In this document: positions 1 through 5,819 of the stretch, in pieces
How the letters are laid out: each line of letters opens with the position of its first letter
How positions within the stretch are numbered: position 1 is the stretch's first letter
From: Octopus sinensis
Taxonomy: Eukaryota
Assembly (NCBI RefSeq): GCF_006345805.1
Contig: NW_021829328.1
Location: 1-6,365, forward strand
Direction: 5' to 3'
DNA: 6,365 nt
Notes under the pieces: model-generated
What the model was told of the DNA's origin: nothing
The model's input: the letters and a program-made list of their open reading frames with translations, nothing else
Databases searched by the model: none
Made by a program: the position numbers and the translations under genes

Positions 1-908
1 GCTGAACAGTTTTGTACAATAAATTTAAAAGATGAGAACTGTAAAGAGAGATAAATTAGAGAACTGGCATTCTTTGTTGCATGATTTTCCCGGCATTGCT
101 GTTATAATTAATAAATGTGTTAATTAATAATTTAAGATTTTACCTTATAAAATACTGAACGATCATATTTCAATTTTTCCATATAAGTGATGATAATATT
201 TCAGTTTTTTTCATGTTTAATTTAAATATATGTTGTGATTAAATTATTTGATATTACCCATCCACGCCAAATTAACGGCAGGGAATTTTACCATGTTTGT
301 TGGTTGCACCATGGCTGACCAAAAGTTACAAACAACAAGACCCCAAAACCATCAGGTACCAGGCTCACCTTAAGTAACCTAATTTGCAATAAAAAATGGC
401 TATTATTGTACCTTCAATTTCACGAAAATATTTGGTTTTTCATAAACTAAAACCATTTTATAAACCAAAAACAAAAGACAATTTAAATTACCAAATTTAA
501 GAAATTGTTCTTGTTAATTTTTTGAACGTGCGATTTATGTAGGGGGATACTTTGGCTGCTCTTTTTAGCGTGTCGAGTGACCAAATAGAGGCTCTTTCAT
601 TGATTCGATTCCGCGATGAGATTTTTTTTACACATATATATAATATGCATATATATATCATCGACGGAAGTTAGAGAGTAAGTCAAAAGCTGAGAGTTTC
701 CTGTATTGGCACTTATCAAACACGAATTTGTCCATTGTCACTCTGTAACTTCTGACGAAATAACTTCTAAAATACAAAATTTTGTCAAAACGCTAAGAGT
801 AAACCCTGTTCTATATGACACATTACACCAGTATTTCGAATGATAAAAAAATAGTATTAATAAGCGGTTTATCAATTACTGACTATGACTTATTATATTT
901 TAGCCATA

Positions 909-1310
909 GGCGCAGGAGTGGCTGTGTGGTAAGTAGCTTGTTTACCAACCACATGGTTCCGGGTTCAGTCCCACTGCGTGGCACCTTGGGCAAAGTGTCT
1001 CTTCTATATAGCCTCGGGCCGACCAATGCCTTGTGAGTGGATTGGTAGACGGAAACTGAAAGAAGCCCGTCGTATATATGTATATATATGCGTGTGTGTC
1101 TGTTTTGTCCCCCTAGCATTGCTTGACAACCGATGCTGGTGTGTTTATGTCCCCGTTACTTAGCGGTTCGGCAAAAGAGACCGATAGAATAAGTACTGGG
1201 CTTACAAAAGAATAAGTCCCGGTGTCGAGTTGCTCGATTAAAGGTGGTGCTCCAGCATGGCCGCAGTCAAATGACTGAAACAAGTAAAAGAGTAAAAGAG
1301 TAAAGAGTAA
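909..1310 (+). mobile_element. tRNA-derived SINE, family 1, full-length copy 1
   Basis: Starts GGCGCAGG at 909. Pol III A box TGGCTGTGTGG 919-929 and B box GGTTCAGTCCC 962-972. A CORE-like motif ACCTTGGGCAAAGT...AGCCTC lies at 983-1015 and an internal (TA)n(TG)n tract at about 1073-1102. A terminal hairpin CAGTC-AAAT-GACTG at 1264-1277 precedes a short tandem tail (GAGTAAAA)n ending near 1310. Colinear with the copy at 1671-2087 but with unrelated flanks. Confidence 0.93.
919..972 (+). promoter_or_regulatory. Internal RNA polymerase III type-2 promoter (A and B boxes) of SINE copy 1
   Basis: TGGCTGTGTGG 919-929 resembles the A-box consensus TRGCNNARYGG, and GGTTCAGTCCC 962-972 resembles the B-box consensus GGTTCGANNCC, at tRNA-like spacing. 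Confidence 0.75.
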
Positions 1311-1670
1311 GTTGAAGTTTATATGCCAATTTTCGGTTTCTCATTTTTTTCTGTTATTTTTTTCACAAATTACACCCAGATGTCAAGCTCAGAAAAATAA
1401 ATATATATAAAAAAAAGATTTCGAGAAGACATGCTTAAAAAAAAAGAGTAAAATAAATGCATAATTCTCCTTTACTTTTGATGATAAAGTTAGGAAAAAA
1501 GCAATAAATAATAAAAAAAAAAAATGGATAGACGAGTTATCTCGTTTTTGCCGAAAATGGTATCTTCGGAATAAAATTTCAAGTAAAATAGTGGAAATAG
1601 ATAAAAACAAAAGATATTTCCATAGTCAGCATTAAAAATACTATTTAGAAAAAAAAAAACAATAACAATA

Positions 1671-2087
1671 GGCGCAGGAGTGGCTGTGTGGTAAGTAGCT
1701 TGCTTACCAACCACATGGTTCCGGGTTCAGTCCCACTGCGTGGCATCTTGGGCAAGTGTCTTCTGCTATAGCCTCGGGCCAACCAATGCCTTGTGAGTGG
1801 ATTTGGTAGACGGAAACTGAAAGAAACCTGTCGTATATATGCATATATATATATATATGTATGTGTGTGTGTTTGTGTGTCTGTGTTTGTCCCCCTAGCA
1901 TTGCTTGACAACCGATGCTGGTGTGTTTACGTCCCCGTAACTTAGCGGTTCGGCAAAAAAGAGACCGATAGAATAAGTACTGGGCTTACAAAGAATAAGT
2001 CCCGGGGTCGATTTGCTCGACTAAAGGCGGTGCTCCAGCATGGCCGCAGTCAAATGACTGAAACAAGTAAAAGAGAGTAAAAGAGAG
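1671..2087 (+). mobile_element. tRNA-derived SINE, family 1, full-length copy 2
   Basis: Same organisation as copy 1: A box 1681-1691, B box 1724-1734, CTTGGGCAAGT 1747-1757, a longer internal (TA)n(TG)n tract at about 1834-1886, hairpin 2047-2060 and tail (GAGAGTAAAA)n. It differs from copy 1 by only one substitution over the first ~75 nt. Confidence 0.93.
1681..1734 (+). promoter_or_regulatory. Internal RNA polymerase III type-2 promoter (A and B boxes) of SINE copy 2
   Basis: TGGCTGTGTGG 1681-1691 and GGTTCAGTCCC 1724-1734, identical to the boxes of copy 1. Confidence 0.75.
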
Positions 2088-2167
2088 ATTAAAAAAAATT
2101 TGCCTGAAAATGAAACGTTTTCTCCAAAAATTTCGCCGGGGAAGGGGTTAAATACAAACATTAAATT

Positions 2168-2387
2168 TAGCAAGCTGGCAGAATCATTCGCATGCCGGAC
2201 AAAATGCTTAGTGGCATTTCTTTCACTTCTTTACACACTGAATTCAAATCCTGCTGAGGTCAGCTTTACTTTTCACCCTTTCAAGGTCAATAAAATAAAG
2301 TTTCAGTCAAACACTGGAATCGATATAACCAACTTCCCCCCTTTCCTGAAAATTGCTTGTCTGGAGCCAAAATTAGAGGGAATTATT
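2168..2387 (+). mobile_element. tRNA-derived SINE, family 2, diverged copy
   Basis: AGCTGGCAGAAT head with an A-box-like TGGCAGAATCA 2176-2186 and B-box-like GAATTCAAATCC 2240-2251. Followed by GAGGTCAGCTTTACTTTTCACCCTTTCAAGGTCAATAAAATAAAG, reminiscent of the Nin/Deu SINE central domain. Colinear with the reverse complement of 5820-6023 (about 40 of the first 53 positions match by hand alignment). Confidence 0.8.
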
Positions 2388-2454
2388 ATGTATGGGGAAT
2401 ATCAACACTTTTGTTTTGAAATCACAACCCTAAAGAATATCACAACTGAAGTTA

Positions 2455-2476
2455 TCGTCGTCGTCGTCGTCATCGT

Positions 2477-2513
<37 letters not shown>
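2455..2513. repeat. Compound trinucleotide microsatellite (TCG)5 / (TCA)12
   Basis: (TCG)5 at 2455-2469, a short interruption, then (TCA)12 at 2478-2513. Confidence 0.97.
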
Positions 2514-2540
2514 CTTAATGTCTGTTTCCCATGCCAAGCA
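2478..2540 (-). mobile_element. Probable extreme 3' end of an RTE-type retroposon with (GAT)n tail
   Basis: The minus strand reads TGCTTGGCATGGGAAACAGACATTAAG followed directly by (TGA)n. This resembles the 3' terminus ...GCATGGAAA.CGGAC.TTAAA.(GAT)n that I recall for octopus RTE-type repeats. Only ~27 nt of non-repeat sequence supports it. Confidence 0.45.
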
Positions 2541-2594
2541 CTATATTTAAACCTTATACATATTGTTCATAGATTACATTGTTATTCTGGAAGT

Positions 2595-2595
<1 letters not shown>

Positions 2596-2650
<55 letters not shown>

Positions 2651-2661
2651 TATAATAATAA
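2596..2661. repeat. (TAA)n microsatellite
   Basis: (TAA)18 at 2596-2649, then TTA(TAA)3 to 2661. Confidence 0.97.
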
Positions 2662-2670
2662 CTATTATAC

Positions 2671-3263
2671 CCTGATGCAGTACCAGGAAGTGGTTCTCTA
2701 TGTCCTGATGCAGTACCAGGCAGTGGCTCTCATGGCTTCTGATCTTAACTGATTGGAAGTGTTATCATGTACATTGTGTTGTCTTGGAATAAAAGATGGG
2801 CTACAGCAAATATTCTTCTCAATACCACAGATTTGCTTGTCAGTTGTTTGACCATAACCTGTTGAGCATGTCCCTTAGTGGCTGACGATATGTGCATCTC
2901 TGATCACGAGCAGAAGTAGTGGGGGAGCATCATAGCCATGTGTTGAGAGGGATTCTTTGGGGTTTGAATAATTCACCCCTGGAAACATGGGTGTTTCGTT
3001 CAACATCCTTAAACAACCCTTATTCAGGGACCTTTTGAGCAGGATGGGTTATTCGACCAGAAGAAAGTTCTAACCGGGTCCCACCTGCAAGGTCATGTGC
3101 TGTTTATCTTGATATGAGATCACCATGTCGCACACATATGGTTGTGATGCATGTGCCTGGTGTACCCTTATCAGACGGGTAGTCATGATGGGTATACTGG
3201 GCTTCGTATATTTTACCCCAGTGTCACTTTGATGGCATGCACTGCTCTCTCACTCAATAATAA
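2671..3263 (+). mobile_element. Unclassified ~560-bp interspersed element, copy A, with duplicated 5' end and (TAA)n on both sides
   Basis: 2736-3254 aligns without gaps to 3646-4164 with 27 mismatches in 519 nt by hand count. It is preceded by (TAA)n and ends CTCTCTCACTCA-ATAATAA. No long ORF on either strand. Strand is assigned from the 3' (TAA)n tail. Confidence 0.85.
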
Positions 3264-3385
3264 CTAGAAAAGCACTCAGAGCGCAGACCTTTACCAAGCA
3301 GCTCATTTCCATCCATATACATGCATGCTGAAAATCGCCCAATTTCCCAAACCAATGCCGGCAAAAACATAGCCTCCTCCCATGC
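3263..3385 (+). mobile_element. Possible internally deleted non-autonomous DNA element (Helentron-associated/HINE-like)
   Basis: The left end ACTAGAAAAGCACTCAGAGCGCAGACCTTTACCAAG and right part CAAACCAATGCCGGCAAAAACATAGCCTCCTCCC resemble the two ends of a widespread non-autonomous family recalled from animal genomes. There is no internal support from a second copy in this window. Confidence 0.35.
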
Positions 3386-3391
3386 TTAACT

Positions 3392-3490
3392 CGACCATCG
3401 TTATAGTCAACACTGTCTCTGCTTTCACCACAATCACCGTCAAAACTATGATCATCACAACCACCGTCATAACTACGATGACCACAATCA
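3392..3490. repeat. Degenerate period-3 (CAC/CAT/AAC-type) low-complexity tract
   Basis: Runs such as CACCACAATCACCGTC and GATCATCACAACCACCGTCATAACTACGATGACCAC give T/I/V-rich or H-rich translations depending on frame. Confidence 0.6.
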
Positions 3491-3551
3491 GTATCTTTAC
3501 ACAGGTGAAAATCCATTATCCGATACTCATAGGACTGAGATTGTTGCAGAT

Positions 3552-3647
3552 TTTGTCCCCACCCAACATCGCTTGACAACCATTGCTGGTGTGTTTACGT
3601 CCCCGTAACCTAGCGGTTCGGAAAAAGCGTCCAATAGAATAAGTACT
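3552..3647 (+). mobile_element. Internal fragment of SINE family 1 (both ends missing)
   Basis: TTTGTCCCC...GCTTGACAACC...GTCCCCGTAACCTAGCGGTTCGG...ATAGAATAAGTACT aligns with the post-microsatellite part of copy 2 (about 1886-1981). It is more diverged than copies 1 and 2 are from each other. Confidence 0.9.
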
Positions 3648-4180
3648 TCTGATCTTTACTGATTGGAAGTGTTATCTTGTAAATTATTTTGTCTTGGTAT
3701 AAAAGATGGGCTACAGCAAATGTTCTGCTCAATGCCACAGATTTGCTTGTCAGTTGTTTGACCTTAACCTGTTGAGCATGTCCCTTAGTGGCTGACGATA
3801 TGTGCATCTCTGATCACGAGCAGAAGTAGTGGGGGAGCATCATAGCCATGTGTTGAGAGGAATTCTTTGGGGTTTGAATAATTCACCTCTGGAAACATGG
3901 GTGTTTCGTTCAACATCCTTAAACAACCCATATTCAGGGACCTTTTGAGCAGGATGGGTTATTCGACCAAAAAAAAATTCTAACTGGGCCCCACCTGCAA
4001 GGTTATGCGCTGTTTATCTTGATATCAGATCACCATGTCGTGCACATATGGTTGCGATGCATGTGCCTGGTGTACCCTTATCAGACTGGTAGTCATGATG
4101 GGTATACTGGGCTTCGTATATTTTACCCCAATGTCACTTTAATGGCATGCACTGCTCTCTCACTTAAAAATAATAATAAT
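3646..4180 (+). mobile_element. Unclassified ~560-bp interspersed element, copy B (5'-truncated), with (TAA)n tail
   Basis: Constant offset of 910 nt to copy A from 3646 to 4164. It lacks the first ~32 nt of the unit, and is followed by AAAA(TAA)n and a degenerate TAA tract to about 4203. Confidence 0.85.
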
Positions 4181-4420
4181 AAAAGCAATAATGATAATAA
4201 TAGTATTGGAAAGGCTACTTACATAATTGTTATAATTACACCGCATGTATATAGCATTAATTATTTACAGATTATATATAGTTCTTTAACTCTCTGTGTT
4301 TATATTCTTAAATGATTGCATATATAACCAACTTTTATGTAAGAGCTGTAACTGCCCTTACCTTATCCACACGCACTCATGCACACAGACGCATACACAC
4401 ACCCGCAAATATATAATGGG

Positions 4421-4443
4421 AGACAGACAGACAGACAGACAGA
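4421..4443. repeat. (AGAC)5 tetranucleotide microsatellite
   Basis: AGACAGACAGACAGACAGACAGA. Confidence 0.9.
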
Positions 4444-4634
4444 GCTAGAGAATGGGACAAGTTATGTTGCTTAGTTCTTAATAATTCCCTTTAATAATCA
4501 AGAATAATGGACTAGAGGCGAGTTACATCATTGCCATAAATTACACATGCATCTACATACAAATGTAATTATATATTATTTATACATGCCTGCGAGTTTC
4601 TGTGTTCCTAAATAGCTTTTATCAATGTAGGTGT

Positions 4635-4666
<32 letters not shown>

Positions 4667-4689
4667 ATATATATTATATATATATATAT
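4635..4689. repeat. Interrupted (TA)n microsatellite
   Basis: TA run with TT interruptions at 4655-4656 and 4674-4675. Confidence 0.95.
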
Positions 4690-4859
4690 GGCTCATTTTT
4701 TGTGGTTATAGAGCATTGAGCTTACGTCGTGAGACTGTGAGTTCAAATCCCGGACCGGGCTGCGTGTTATATTCTTGAGCAAGACACTTTATTTCATGTT
4801 GCTCCAGTTCACTCAGCTGTAGAAATGAGCTGCGATGTCACAGGTGCCAAGCTATATCG
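4689..4859 (+). mobile_element. tRNA-derived SINE, family 3, 3'-truncated
   Basis: Degenerate A box TGGCTCA...GTGGTT (4689 onward, interrupted by a T run) and B box GAGTTCAAATCCC 4739-4751. Then CTTGAGCAAGACACTTTATTTCATGTTGCTCCAGTTCACTCAGCTGTAGAAATGAG, resembling the Meta/MESC-type central domain. It ends at a (GT)n tract. Confidence 0.75.
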
Positions 4860-4902
4860 TGTGTGTGTGTGTGCGCGTGTGTGTGGTGTGTGTTTGTGTG
4901 TA
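4859..4902. repeat. Imperfect (GT)n microsatellite
   Basis: GTGTGTGTGTGTGTGCGCGTGTGTGTGGTGTGTGTTTGTGTGTA. Confidence 0.9.
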
Positions 4903-4908
4903 TGCATA

Positions 4909-5087
4909 TGTCCTTGGTATGACATTAAATTGCATTTGGTGGTTAGAGTTCAGTTCAGGAGTTTTGGAGTTGTGGAGAGCAGGGTGTCACCCCTTAAGTA
5001 CCATTACTCTCAGGTCCGTTCTGATCCGGAATGGATCCCATTTATGAGTTCTGACCTGCCAGGATCCCATTTATGAGTTAAATAGAT
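4909..5087 (+). mobile_element. Probable diverged fragment of another interspersed repeat
   Basis: TGTCCTTGGTATGACATTAAA...CCATTACTCTCAGGTCC...TGATCCGGAATGG...GGATCCCATTTATGAGTTAAATAGAT resembles an abundant octopus repeat recalled from memory. No second copy in the window. Confidence 0.4.
5033..5079. repeat. Perfect 18-bp direct repeat with 11-bp spacer
   Basis: GGATCCCATTTATGAGTT at 5033-5050 and 5062-5079, spacer CTGACCTGCCA. Confidence 0.95.
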
Positions 5088-5314
5088 TTCCTCTCAAATT
5101 GTCCTGCCTATCTACGTTCAACGGGCTAAAATAAGAATAGCTTTTCTGTGGTTTAGGAAATAACTCCTATTTCTAGCATGTTGGAAAACCACTTACTGGC
5201 TTTTCCATTTGTGTATAATTTTTATATACACATATATACACATATATTTGTAGACTATGGACATTTTGCTCACGCTGGCTACTGGTTAATATTTAATAAT
5301 TTTTATCCTATACC

Positions 5315-5363
5315 CACACACACATATATATACAAATATACATACATTTATATATATATATAC

Positions 5364-5413
<50 letters not shown>
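5315..5413. repeat. (CA)n/(TA)n compound microsatellite
   Basis: CACACACACATATATA... grading into a long near-perfect (AT)n ending at 5413. Confidence 0.95.
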
Positions 5414-5416
<3 letters not shown>

Positions 5417-5464
5417 CCTTCGGAGGTGGACGGGCGATTTAATTGACCAGTACAGTAGTAAATT

Positions 5465-5775
5465 GAAATATTCAAGGATGGGGAAAGATTCAAGGTTAAT
5501 GGAAATAAGAATTGTCAAATCAAAATTCTAACATGCTCCAACACATTTCAGAGAGATACAATGAGAACTGTATTGATTGATGAAGAACAAAATTAATGGA
5601 CCGAATCAGAATACATCAATAGCAAATCTGTTAAAATATTCAATACAGTGAACATTGAAATAATTGTACGAATGAGAAATTCGGAATATTTCCCACTTTT
5701 CAAAATAGAAGAACCTGAAGAATTACGAAAGCAAAATAAGAATAATTTATAAAAATTTCAAATCTGAAATAAAAA
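5465..5775 (+). pseudogene. Decayed Penelope-like element, GIY-YIG endonuclease region
   Basis: Manual translation across frameshifts gives EIFKDGERFKVNGNKNCQ (5465-5518), YNENCID**RTKLMDRIRIHQ*QIC*NIQYSEH*NNCTNEKFGIFP (5557-5694) and LFKIEEPEELRKQ (from 5696). The order F-x-V/I...C...Y-I-G(degraded)...R-x-x-x-H...S-x-H...F-x-I-F-P...R-K follows Penelope GIY-YIG domains. Many stops. Confidence 0.65.
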
Positions 5776-5819
5776 TGGAAATTCTGACAACCTCTGTTGA
5801 ACACAATTATTGCATTAAA

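Noticed and set aside
311-373. Short ORF MADQKLQTTRPQNHQVPGSP with a good Kozak context and a possible CAG/GTACC donor
   Set aside because: Only 20 codons, with no recognisable homology and a weak splice signal. It cannot be distinguished from chance without RNA data.
540-620. Possible remnant of another octopus repeat (CTTTTTAGCGTGTCGAGTGACCAAATAGAGGCTC)
   Set aside because: A vague recollection only, with no second copy or structural hallmark in the window.
909-985. Functional tRNA gene
   Set aside because: A and B boxes are present but there is no consistent acceptor or anticodon stem, and the sequence continues into a SINE body in both copies.
1389-1714. F/L/I-rich minus-strand ORFs that look membrane-like
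   Set aside because: They are produced by poly-A/T low-complexity sequence between the SINEs.
815-1911. ORFs overlapping SINE family 1 (815-1036, 883-1119, 978-1163, 1645-1911, 1704-1901)
   Set aside because: They are translations of SINE and microsatellite sequence. The similar MLGGQ... peptides recur only because the SINE recurs.
2100-2675. 191-aa ORF, the longest in the track
   Set aside because: It runs through a family-2 SINE, then (TCG)n, (TCA)n and (TAA)n, giving poly-V, poly-S and poly-I. No domain is recognisable.
3496-3513. YTGENP peptide resembling the C2H2 zinc-finger linker HTGEKP
   Set aside because: No flanking Cys/His finger pattern, and it sits beside a degenerate trinucleotide tract.
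3250-3579. Overlapping ORFs on both strands (109, 60 and 64 aa)
   Set aside because: Explained by the period-3 low-complexity tract, which lacks stops in several frames.
2701-4170. TRIM/LTR element reading of the two 519-bp direct repeats (copy A runs TG...CA)
   Set aside because: Copy B lacks the 5' end and ends TA. There is no primer-binding site or polypurine tract, no target-site duplication, and the interior is unrelated repeat debris.
4205-4365. Minus-strand consensus splice donors (GTAAGT near 4213-4218, AG/GTAAGG near 4357-4364)
   Set aside because: No plausible exon with an acceptor and coding frame upstream. Such hexamers are expected by chance in AT-rich DNA.
5033-5079. CRISPR-like repeat-spacer-repeat
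   Set aside because: Only two 18-bp units with an 11-bp spacer, in a eukaryotic repeat context with no cas genes.
752-5720. Hammerhead ribozyme cores: CTGACGA at 752, 2882 and 3792, CTGAAGA near 5715, and GAAAC...GTT on the minus strand near 2997
   Set aside because: None has CUGANGA, a pairable stem II, GAAA and stem III in the right order. At 5715 only 5 nt separate the core from GAAA.
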